Assembly: GCA_002269645.1 (NCBI GenBank)
Contig: NIVC01002409.1
Span: forward strand, 113,148 to 177,147
DNA: 64,000 bases
Reading direction: 5' to 3'
Source: Macrostomum lignano
Lineage: Eukaryota
Both the position numbers and the translations under genes were made by a program. Of the stretch, positions 53,126 through 64,000 are shown one piece after another. The notes beneath the pieces were generated by a model. The model was given only the letters and a program-made list of their open reading frames with translations. It was not told the DNA's origin and ran no database searches. Each line of letters starts with the position of its first letter. Position 1 is the stretch's first letter.

Positions 53126-53989
53126 TAAATTTAAACAAAATTATCTGCTTTATAGCTCCCATTTCTTCGACGCTCACCGCAGACGCTTGCTACTAAAACT
53201 GTGCATGTGTCATGAAGACTCAAACAAGAAACGAACGGTGATGCAGAACGCAGAAAACCTAATATTAACGACATTTCTTCACTCGCCATGCAAGCTTTTC
53301 GCGTCAAAATCTCTACTTTCTACTTACATGCATCAGTAGACAAATTAGACCGATTGGCCACCGATCAACGATCGCTCCTCCCGTAAGACCCAATTAAATC
53401 AACAATTAAGCAGGCACTGCTATCAGCCAGTTTTGTTTTAAATAGGCAATTAATAATTTATTAGACGCAAATGTTCGGAGTGAGCAGGCCAGAGGCCAGC
53501 AGCAGTTACAAGCGCGAGTTGTTTTTGTTAATGTTAGCGCGAGTCCACTTCATCCTCAGAGCAAGGCACTGATGGGCCAAAGCGAAGATTCTGGATGGCA
53601 GCAAGATGTTTCTTGAATGTTGGCAGATTGAGTGAGTTTCCCTTTGAATTTAAATTTTTCCTGCAATATGCGCATCAGCTACTGAATAAAGAATAGCTTA
53701 TGGCCGGCAGTTCTTGCTGATATCCCGAAATCTTTGTATCAAACTAAGGAAACAAAACAATGTGATATTTAATAATAAATAAATAAATATCAGTAAATAA
53801 CGAGCTAGTGTGATGAGCGAGTGTGAAGAACCCCCCCCCCCAATAGAACTATTCGAACCGAAAGAATGAACTTGAACTTCGAATCGAGTCCCACAGGGGC
53901 TTATAGCGGCATTTGATCCCCATTCAGAGTTTATGCAGTAATGAAACAGGAAATAAAATCAGTTTGTGGCTCAGCGGGTGATGAGGGGG

Positions 53990-54470
53990 TCAATTGCCGC
54001 CCTTCTTGGAGTCTTTGTCCTTCTTCTTGCGGCCGGAGAACATGCGGAACAGGCTGCTGCTCTTCTTCTTGTCCTTGGAGTCCTGGGCAGCCGACTCGCC
54101 TGCGGGTTCAAGTGGCAGCGGTGGAGTCTGGAAACGGCTGCTCATGACTGAGCACTGCGAGCGCTGTTTGTTGAGCAACAGCTTGTGGTTTCACATTTTA
54201 AATCGGCGATGCTTATAATTGACACACTGGGATAAAACTCGGTCTCTGAGCACAACAGGGTACTGTGAGCTCATGTAGAAAAATACTTGCTTCCATTGTT
54301 CTCCAGTACGCCATTTAACCTGTTGATCTATTTAAAGCACGGAAAATCGTTACGCTGATTGAATATTCACTAAAGGCTGCTTAATTCTGAAAAGTTGCCT
54401 CCATATGGTTTAGAAGTTATTACACAGTTTGAATTTGTAGTTCTGCGCCACCCTGTATTCACAATCACTA

Positions 54471-54511
<41 letters not shown>

Positions 54512-57500
54512 CACAGACAGACAGACAGACGGAGAAAGTTCCCATTTATCGGTAGTGCATTTTTCTCGCAAGGCCTGCTATCAAAGGTGTTTCTAAGAAA
54601 GCAAGTTTCTAGTCCTCGCACGAGACAAATGAAGGAACTCAAAACAGGCCAGGAGCCCACCTGTGGACACACAGCCGCATGGTGAACATGCAGTGCATAG
54701 AACACATACAACAGAAGTTACTTGGAATATTTCAGTGTGTCAATTGTAGGAATCGCCGCGTTAAAACAAAACACAAGTTGGCTGATTGAGTGCTGCAGCT
54801 ACTCTGGAATCTCAGCCTACAACACAAAATGCAACATAAATGCGCATAAAGCCTACTGCCCCAGAGCCCAGACCAGGGATCAGCAAACTTTTTATCTCAA
54901 GGGCCAGACAGAACCTAGCGCGTTACTGCGGGCCAGCGGATGGGAAAAGGAGAGGAAATAGAGAAGAGAGAAGAGAGGGGAGAAAGGAGAAGAGAGATAA
55001 GAGAAGGGAGAGGAGAGGAGAGAGATGAGGAGAGAAGAGAGAAGAGAGGGGAGGGAAAAGAGAAGAGAGGGGAGGGAAAAGAGAAGAGAGGGGAGGGAAA
55101 AGAGAAGAGAGGGGAGGGAAAAGAGAAGAGAGGGCAGGGAAAAGAGAAGAGAGGGGAGGGAGAAGAGAGGGGAGGGAAAAGAGAAGAGAGGGGAGGGAAA
55201 AGAGAAGAGAGGGCAGGGAAAAGAGAAGAGAGGGGAGGGAGAAGAGAAGAGAGGGGAGGGAAAAGAGAAGAGAGGGAGGGAAAAGAGAAGAGAGGGGAGG
55301 GAGAAGAGAAGAGAGGGGAGGGAGAAGAGAAGAGAGGGGAGGGAAAAGAGAAGAGAGGGCAGGGAAAAGAGAAGAGAGGGGAGGGAGAAGAGAGGGGAGG
55401 GAAAAGAGAAGAGAGGGGAGGGAAAAGAGAAGAGAGGGCAGGGAAAAGAGAAGAGAGGGGAGGGAAAAGAGAAGAGAGGGGAGGGAGAAGAGAAGAGAGG
55501 GGAGGGAAAAGAGAAGAGAGGGGAGGCAAAAGAGAAGAGAGGTGAGATTCCACTAGAGAGTTGAGAAGAGACTCAAACCCTGAGCGGGCCGGACTGCAGT
55601 TTCAAAGGACCCGAGGGCCGGACAGAGAGGCATTGCGGTCCGCAGTTTGCCGACCCCTGGCCTACTAGACCATGAGCAGTGCACACAGAGCAAAAAAGCG
55701 AGTTTCCGCGCCCCATACCGGACACATCGGCTGACACCGCCACCCGAGGAAGAGTCTGAGACACCTGCTGGCCGGCTGGGGACCGGGGCTCTGCACGCGA
55801 ACAGTGAAGGCACAGCGGGGGGTCGGTGAGTGACACAATGCATGAGTAAATTTAGCCTAGCATGCGCAAACTGTACTACTAAAAATGAGTATAGACAACA
55901 AGTAGAGTGAAGCGTAAAAAATAAGTTTTATAAGGCAAATAAGGCAAAAACATCACTTTAAGGTTATGCAAAGTTAAGGTTTGACACCCAAAGCTGGTTT
56001 GAGGTTAGTTTAGGTTTTAGTACACAACACAGAGGTAAGCGGCATGCAAACAGAGGTGTAAAATCTGCATCAATAATGAAATAAAATTTATTTTTAGCTG
56101 ACAAACCTTCGTCTGAGGATGAATCGCCATCGGCTGCGGCAATGAAAAAGCAGAGATTGCAGACAAAGCAGAGTTACTCATAGCAGCTGAGCGCAAACTT
56201 GATAATATATCAATAACTTTAGCACTTTGCTCGCGAAATTGTCTAACTAGGTGCGCCCGGAACTCGGGTGATTAATCTTTGCTTTACCTAATCCGCTTCC
56301 TCTAATCTGATTCCGATTAGAGATTATCGGAATCAGAATCTACTAATAATCCGCTTTCTCTAATATGCTTACTCTAATCTGCTTCCGATAATCCAATTGT
56401 ATTTATTTGCTTCCGATAATCCAATTCCTCTAATCTGCTTCCGATAATCCAATTCCTCTAATCTGCTTCCGATAATCCAATTCCTCTAATCTGCTTTCGA
56501 TAATCCACTTCCTCTAATCTGCTTCCGATAATCCAATTGTCTTTATTTGCTTCTGATAATCGAATTCCCATAATCCGCTTCCCGCTCACCTTTGCCGCCG
56601 GCAGCGCCGCCCTCCTCAGCCCGAAGCTGGGCGGCCCGCGACTTGCCAGACGAGGCAGTCGAGACAGACGCCGTCGGAGTGGCGCCGGCAACGGAGGCGG
56701 CCCTTGGCGAGCCGGAGGCGGCCAGGGTGGCGGATTTTCGCTCTGTCGGGACCGGCGCGGCCGCAGCCGGGGAGGCCGGCGGGGTTCCCGAGGTCACGTG
56801 ACTGGCCGGCCTCGGGCTGGCGGCCACGCTGGCGTGCTTGATGCCACTGGCGCCGCCGCTGCCCCGCAGCGACACCTCCAGGCTGACGGTGGTGTCGTCG
56901 GCGTCGAACTTGTCATCAACATCGTCGGCAGCGCCGCCGCCCTCGGTGACGTCCTCGTCGGCCTCCTGGCGGATATCGGCGAGCTGCCTGCTGGGATCCA
57001 GGCTGGCCTTGAAGCTGATCTGGCCCTGCCAGGTCAGGCAGTCCTGGGCGGTGGGCAGCATCAGCAGGTACAGCGAGCCGTCGCGCAGGTGCAGCCGCAG
57101 GGCGTGCCGGTGCTCGGCGTCCATCTCGCAGCGGCAGCCGTGGATCATGAGGGTGTGCTGGGCGGTGTCCCCGGTCACGTGAGCTGGCACACCGGCAGAG
57201 GGGGAGAGACAAGCGTTAGACTTTACTGACAGTAGGTTAGATTGATTTTTATTAATTCATATCTTTGTATATTAAATTAATTTATTAATTAAGCTGCTAA
57301 TGGCAGCTACAGTGGCTGAGAACTGGAATTTGGGGGGCATTCGATACGCGCCCATCTTGAGCGCCACAAGAGCGCAAAAATCAGATTGCAGTACATTGCG
57401 CGCGAATTTCCGATGCGCTGCGCTCTTGCGCTCCCAAATTTGTGCTCCACAATCTCCACTGTTCCATATTAGCCTTCGTAATCTGCCTTCGTTCGCCTTC

Positions 57501-60500
57501 CGATAATCAAATCTCACTAATCAGCTACCGATAATCCGCTTTCACTAATCTGTCTCCGATAATTCGCTTCCACTAATCTGCTTCCGATAATCCACTTCCA
57601 CTAATCTGCTTCCGAAAATCCACTTTCACTAATCTGCTTCCGAAAATCCACTTCCACTAATCTGCTTCCGAAAATCCACTTTCACTAATCTGCTTCCGAT
57701 AATCCACTTCCACTAATCTGTCTCCGATAATCCACTTCCACTAATCTGTCTCCGATAATTCGCTTCCACTAATCTGCTTCCGATAATTCGCTTCCTCTAA
57801 TCTGCTTCCGATAATCCACTTCCACTAATCTGCTTCCGATAATCCGCTTCCACTAATCTGCTTCCGATAATCCGCTTCCTCTAATCTGCTTCCGATAATC
57901 CGCTTCCACTAATCTGCTTCCGATAATCCGCTTCCACTAATCTGCTTCCGATAATCCGCTTCCACTACCCAAAGACGCGCTTATGCCCGATCCGCTGCGC
58001 TATTTCGGCCAACCATCACAAGGCGCACAAATCCCACAGATTAGTGGCACTCAGCACACAGCCAGCCACTAGAACTGGCGGTTAAATCAAACTACTTAGA
58101 ATTAGGTCTAACGGTGATCGTTATGCAAATCAAACCTCTCAGGTACGAGAGGTACATTAGTGAATGATTAGCCTTGGCGTGAATGATTTTGGTGAACTGC
58201 GCAAGATAAATTGCACAGACAAAAACAGAAAAATTATCGCAGTAGACTCTGTCGCCAAACGAAAATAGAAACGCGAGTGGAAGTCAAATCGGTAAAGAAA
58301 GAATTCGATTATTTTCCGGTTATAAAAACACGATTACACAAAAATGCGCCAGTTAGCTACTATGAGTAGCTTGATAAAAATGACGCGGGTTTAAAAAACA
58401 CAAAATCAGAGGACTCGGGCTGGCCCGGTCGAGACAGACGACTGGTGACGACATACCGGCTGAAATGGGGCGCAAAGGTGTGGGCGGGAGTGAAGCACCT
58501 GCCTGTGCTGAATGCGTGAGCGGCGCTCTCAGCCAATCACACGGGCAATTAATATTCATTAGGCAATCAGGTGACTTTATTGAATGGAAAATCTGATATT
58601 TCAATCATTACGGCTTGCTTTGATTGGGCAATTTTGCCGGCTGCATTAAAATTACACTTACCAGCTACAAAGGAGAAAATTTGGAATAAAAATATAATGG
58701 GGAAATGTTTAAATATTGTCAATAATTATGAGATAAGTAGCTTATAAATATGCATATAGGTATGTATTGTTTCTCATTCAGTACAAAACTCCGACACTTA
58801 CTAATACAATAATATTGCGGCAAGCAAACACTGGATGGCCTACTGCAAGTAGTATTGTGTTGAACAGGCGCATGCAAATTCACATATACAATACAATATA
58901 AAACACGGATTGAGCGGTCATTGTTTAACATTTTAAATTTGTTTAAGTCTAAAAAGCTGGCAGCACATCTTTTTATCCAACAAAAATCTGAGCTTTCTGG
59001 AATAAAAATTTACAAGCAGCACCAACTTCCTGCCCAGTAACTTCCGCACTACAGCTCCCAGCACCTCTAATACCCCCCCCCTACCCCTACCCCACAACTA
59101 CCTCCCCCACACCCTAAGCTCCCCCACACCTTCAGCTCCCCCACACCTTCAGCTCCACCACCCCACCTCCCCCACCTCAGCTCCTCCTCAGCTCCCCCAC
59201 ACCCCAGCTCCCCCACAACCCCAGCTCCCCCACACCCTCAGCTCCCCTACAACCCCAGCTCCCCACACCCTCAGCTCCCCCACACCCTCAGCTCCCCACA
59301 ACCCCAGCTCACCCACACCCTCAGCTCCCCCACACCCTCAGCTCCCCCACAACCCCAGCTCCCCACACCCTCAGCTCCCCCACACCCTCAGCTCCCCCAC
59401 ACCCTCAGCCCCCCACACCCCAGCTCCCCACACCCTCAGCTCCCCACCAGCAGCTCCCCACCCCAGCTCACCGCTCTTGTCCTTGAACACGGCCAGCTGG
59501 TGGCCGCACAGGGCCGCGAACCGCTTCTTCCACTTCTTGATTGGGAATTTCTGGCCGCCAGCCTGCAGGTCCTGCCGGATCTCCAGCTCGCCTTCGATTG
59601 ACGGCGGCATCAGGTCTGACAGGCGGCTGCGCGACTTGCTGCCGCTGCTCTTCTTGGTGTTGAAGGTGTGCGACTTGTTCAGGCCGGGCTTGCGGGGCGT
59701 CGGCTGCTGGGCAGCTCGGAAGCCTTGGCTGCGGCTGAGGCTGCCGATTCTTCGGCGATGCTCTGCGGCCGCGTCAGCTGCGGCCTCGATCGCGCTGCCA
59801 CCTCCTCGGAGATGGGCGGCGTGTGCGGCTGCTGCTGCTGCTGGCGCATCGTCTCCCGCTTCTTCACCCCGGCTGTCAGCTCGTTGTAGGCCATCGACTT
59901 GCTCCGCTTGGCGCTGTCGGTGCGCCGCTGCTCCTCGAACCGGCGCTCCAGCAGCGTCAGCTCCGTCAGGGCGTCCACGCGCGGCTTCTGCGCGCTCAGC
60001 AGGGCGGCCAGCTCTTCGCTGCGCTTGCCTCTGACCTCCAGCTGCTCGAGCCCGTACTCAAAGCCCGGCGCGCAGCCGCTGAACTCCCGGCCGAAGTCGT
60101 CCAACCAGCGGTTCATCCGCTGGCAGCCGTCCAGCACCCGGCGGATGTCGGCGTTCTCCACGTACAACTCGTGGCGCCTCTTCTGGGCGGACACGACCTG
60201 CTCGCAGAGCTGCGCCACCGCCGCCTGCTTGGCGTCGATGAAGTCCGACATGAACGGGCAGTCGCGCCGGCACTTGGCCGCCACCCGGGCGAACTCCTGC
60301 GCCTGCGACTCGCGCTGCTTGGCCTCCTTGCCGCGCTGGGCGCTGCGCTCCACCTTCAGTTCGAGTTTTGTTGCTTTATGAGCTGCCTAATACGATTTGA
60401 GCAATCTTTGAGCGGTAATGCAAACCGGCCTAAGCCAGTACACAGCTTGAACCGGCCTAAGCCAGTACACAGCCTGAACCGGCTAAGCCAGTACACAGCT

Positions 60501-63397
60501 TGAACCGGCCAAAGCCAGTACACAGCCTGAACCGGCCTAAGCCAGTACACAGCCTGAACCGGCCTAAGCCAGTACACAGCCTGAACCGGCCTAAGCCAGT
60601 ACACAGCCTGAACCGGCCTAAACCAGTACACAATCTGAACTGGCCTAAACCAGTACACAATCTGAACTGGCCTAAACCAGTATACATTCGAATTTGAGTA
60701 TAAAGAATTTCGAACGCGTGGCGTTTGCAGGTGAGTTCCCAGCTCAGCCACTGGTTCCTACCCCTGACAATCTTTATGCTGCAGACCTGCAGCTCGAAGT
60801 TCTCACCTGTTCCACAGCCAGCTTGTAGCTGGGGGCCAAGTCCTCGGCCAGGATCTGGTTGAGCAGCTGCTGCAGTGCCTGGAGCAGGTCCGAGAACTTC
60901 AACAGGCCCGTGTGAGCCTCCTTGGCGGCCATCAGGTCCGCTCGCTTCTCCTCCGCCGTCTGGGTCAGCTCCTGCCACAGCCGCTCCACCGCGCTGACGT
61001 CCTCGTTGATGACCTGCGGTGCAGAGCGGGAAGGATTGACAGAATAGAGAGCAGAAATACAAAGACTACAGAGAGTAGACACAGACTACAAAGTAGACAC
61101 AGACTACAGATAGTAGACACAAAGACTACAAATAGTAGACACAAAGACCAGATTAAAGACACCAAGACTAGAAGAAACACAAAGATTACAGAGAGAATAG
61201 ATACAAAGACTACAGAGAGAATAGATACAAAGATTACAGAGAGAATAGATACAAAGATTACAGAGAGAATAGATACAAAGATTACAGAGAGAAGAGATAC
61301 AAAGACTAGAGAGAATAGATACAAAGACTACAGAGAGAATAGATACAAAGACTACAGAGAGAATAGATAAAGATTACAGAGAATAGATACAAAGATTACA
61401 GAGAGAAGAGATACAAAGACTAGAGAGAATAGATACAAAGACTACAGAGAGAATAGATACTAAGACTACAGAGAGAATAGATACAAAGACTACAGAGAGA
61501 ATAGATACAAATATTACAGAGAGAATAGATACAAAGACTACACAGAGAATAGATACAAAGACTACAGAGAGAATAGATACAAAGATTACAGAGAGAATAG
61601 ATACAAAGACTACAGAGAGAATAGATACAAAGATTACAGAGAGAATAGATACAAAGACTACAGAGAGAAGAGATACAAAGACTACAGAGAGAATAGATAC
61701 AAAGATTACAGAGAGAATAGATACAAAGACTACAGAGAGAATAGATACAAAGATTACAGAGAGAATAGATACAAAGACTACAGAGAGAATAGATACAAAG
61801 ATTACAGAGAGAATAGATACAAAGACTACAGAGAGAATAGATACAAAGACTACAGAGGGTAAACACTGAAAATTTCCGACGGTCGGCAGCACTCACCGTC
61901 TCGGCATCGGATCCCTTGAACTCATCCATAAGCTGGCGTCCCCTCTTATCCAAGTTGTCGCGCCGCTGTCCCAAGGGCCTGAGCTCGCTCTCCGTGAGCA
62001 GGTCGAGGCCCCGGAGCAGCTCCTCGTTGGAGGTGAGGGTGATGCCGAACTGCGCCAAAGACTGCAGCTCGTGCAGCGTCTCGTCCAGAGCCTCGTGCAG
62101 GCCGCCGGCCTCGTGCAGCAGCTTGTGGATCTTCTTGGAGTCCAGCAGCGATTTGTGGAGGTCCCTGGCGCTCAGGTGCACGTTGGCCAGCCGGGTCTTC
62201 AGCGCGTCGCGCAGCGCCTTGGCCTCCTCAAGGCGGCAGTTCTTCTCCGACTGTAGGCCGGCGAAGTTGGCGTCCAGCTGGTCCATCTGCGACTGCCGGC
62301 TGCGCAGCGCGCTCTGCGCCTGGCCGCATTTCTCGATGGCGCGTTCGCAGGACTCCTCGTCGCTACCAGCCTCGATGGACTTCAGCACGATCTCCTGGGA
62401 CCTGTCGGCAAATGGTGCGGAGCCTCAAATCAGCCAGTGCCAACTATGAACAGCTTCACCAATCTATGAAATGGTTTGAACAGCCTAAAAATGGTCTTAC
62501 CTATCTACAAAAATGGTCTGACTAATCTACAAAATGGTCTGATTAATCTACAAAAAGATTTGACCAATATACAAACGATTCTGAATAATCTATAAAATGA
62601 TTGGACTAATCTATAAAATGATTTGACCAATCTGTAAAATGATTTGACCAATCTATAAAATGATCTGACCAATCTGTAAAATGATTTGACCAATCTACAG
62701 AATGAACTGATCAATCTAAAAAATGTTCGGACCAAATTCAAAACGGATTGACCAATCCTCGGAATGATTTGACCAATCAGAAAATCAATCGGCTCAATCT
62801 ACAATTAGACCCCACAAGCGCACCTCAGCCAGGAGTCGAACTCGTCCACCTGCTCCTTGAAGGCGAAGTATTTGAGATTCTCGTCCAACCGGCGCTTGTG
62901 CAGCTTGAGCAGCTGTGTGAGGCTGTCCAGCAGGTTCTGCACCTCGGCCTGGCTCTTGAACACCGCCTGCTCGTCCAGACGACTGGCCACCTCGGCCAGC
63001 TCGGCGACTCGCTCCTCCACCTTCTCGACATCGGCGGCCAGAGTCTCCACAGTCTTGCAGCGGGACAGGCAGACGAACTGATCGGCCCCGGGTTCCAGGG
63101 TTCGAACCGCGGCCAGCTTTTCTTCTATCCAGCCTCTTAGCCTCGGCCAGATCTTCCAGGTAGGCGAATCGAACCCGGGCCGCCTCCAGGCGCTCGGCCC
63201 GCCCTTGGTGAGCCGGGTGAGGCTGGAATAGGCGGCCTGCAGCTGGTTGAGCTGGCGGCGGCGTCTCGTCTTCGCGGAAGGAGCAGCAAGTCGGGCAGCG
63301 CTGGCCCGGCTGTCCACGGAGTCAGAGCGGTTGCGGTAGGCCTCCGAGCTGCCGAGTCCAGCAGCCCCTGGCCCACTTCGAGGACGCCATGGATCAC
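53990..63397 (-). CDS. Beta-heavy-spectrin-like gene, 3' part (spectrin repeats, PH domain, basic tail); 5' end beyond the window; several apparent frameshifts
   Basis: Exons 63397-62824, 62401-61897, 61013-60807, 60353-59472, 57183-56590, 54147-53990, GT-AG with compatible junction phases. Spectrin-repeat signatures (GWIEEK, FDSWLR, LTELTLLERRFEE); split PH domain IEGELEIRQDLQAGGQKFPIKKWKKRFAALCGHQLAVFKD..HALRLHLRDGSLYLLMLPT..W of the beta/beta-heavy spectrin type; tail KKSSSLFRMFSGRKKK. Frame switches around 63340-63135 and about 59730. Confidence 0.8.
54474..54530. repeat. (GACA)n microsatellite
   Basis: Direct. Confidence 0.93.
54874..55659. mobile_element. hAT-type MITE carrying an AG-rich satellite core (54945-55545)
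   Basis: Ends CAGGGATCAGCAAAC / GTTTGCCGACCCCTG (CAGGGGTCGGCAAAC-type hAT TIR); flanks GCCCAGAC and GCCTACTAGAC could derive from a degenerate GCCTAGAC TSD. Confidence 0.62.
56290..56580. repeat. 28-bp minisatellite (TAATCTGCTTCCGATAATCCAATTCCTC)
   Basis: Direct; same family as 57500-57965. Confidence 0.88.
57500..57965. repeat. 28-bp minisatellite (TAATCTGCTTCCGATAATCCACTTCCAC)
   Basis: Direct. Confidence 0.93.
59095..59468. repeat. C-rich minisatellite (CCCACACCCTCAGCTCC variants), G-rich on the transcribed strand
   Basis: Direct; starts right after the spectrin donor at 59471. Confidence 0.92.
60424..60680. repeat. 27-bp minisatellite (AACCGGCCTAAGCCAGTACACAGCCTG)
   Basis: Direct. Confidence 0.94.
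61050..61858. repeat. 24-bp minisatellite (AGAGAGAATAGATACAAAGAYTAC)
   Basis: Direct. Confidence 0.96.
62515..62780. repeat. Degenerate 21-bp repeat (AAAATGATTTGACCAATCTAT-like)
   Basis: Direct. Confidence 0.8.
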
Positions 63398-63727
63398 CTG
63401 GACGATAGGGGTGAGCGGTTGCGAAACAGATCGATTGAATTTACATGCATCTACAGGTTCAAAATAGCTGCCTAGGTGCCTAGAGATCACGAAGAGTCGT
63501 GAATCTTTGGGATAATAGAAGAAACATTTAAGATCATCCTTAGCGATATCTACTGACAATAAATACAGATTTACAGATAGACAGAGACCCACAGGTCATA
63601 TGCAAAGATTTAAAGATCATAGACAGATATACAGATCACAGATAGATCTATAGTTCTGGATATTTCACACATTATGGACAGATCTATAGATCATAGACAC
63701 ATATCTACACACCATATAAACAGATCT

Positions 63728-64000
63728 ACAGATCATAGACCTCGATCTACAGATTCATAGACTCGATCTACAGATCATAGACCTCGATCTACAGATCATA
63801 GACCTCGATCTACAGATCATAGACCTCGATCTACAGATCATAGACCTCGATCTACAGATCATAGACCTCGATCTACAGATCATAGACCTCGATCTACAGA
63901 TCATAGACCTCGATCTACAGATCATAGACCTCGATCTACAGATCATAGACCTCGATCTACAGATCATAGACCTCGATCTACAGATCATAGACCTCGATCT
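63728..64000. repeat. 21-bp minisatellite (ATCTACAGATCATAGACCTCG)n, continues off the window end
   Basis: Direct. Confidence 0.96.

Noticed and set aside
54915-55564. E/K/R/G-rich coiled-coil-like ORFs
   Set aside because: Purine-only satellite inside a MITE within an intron.
55660-56200. Nested + strand two-exon gene inside a spectrin intron
   Set aside because: Good donor and acceptor exist, but the phase-compatible joins I tested run into a stop.

Overview
Eukaryotic (metazoan) genomic DNA with spliceosomal introns, GC3-rich exons and about one third of the sequence in tandem repeats. The style resembles a free-living flatworm such as Macrostomum, but that is inference and not shown by the sequence. 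Genes reconstructed by hand from GT-AG boundaries: (1) a complete 9-exon, 685-aa secreted protein with four FAS1 domains and a probable GPI tail (+, 6270-11530); (2) a complete 4-exon ATP6AP2/(pro)renin receptor, 343 aa (-, 23848-16807); (3) an ankyrin-repeat gene with a BCOR-type PUFD-like domain (+, about 27423-30678); (4) a tandem cluster of PAN/apple + C-type-lectin genes (three full-length copies and a relic, 33138-44179); (5) the 3' part of a beta-heavy-spectrin-like gene with spectrin repeats and a PH domain (-, runs off the window end). Mobile DNA: a structurally intact 6.5-kb CACTA/EnSpm-type transposon (45126-51615; 13-bp TIRs, TAG TSD, transposase plus a BEN-like ORF) and several MITEs, some nested. 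The most interesting part is the lectin cluster. Its PAN halves are nearly identical while the ligand-binding lectin ends diverge. Every copy is altered at the PAN/lectin junction. Copy 3 has an intron absent from its paralogues and flanked by a 10-bp direct repeat, which looks like recent insertion-mediated intron gain. Paralogue comparison also shows a 23-bp satellite at about 4 versus about 53 units and a filled/empty MITE site in a promoter. Caveat: several single-base frame switches in the spectrin-like gene suggest indel errors in the assembly, so all frameshifts need read-level confirmation. Most long ORFs in the supplied track are translated satellites.
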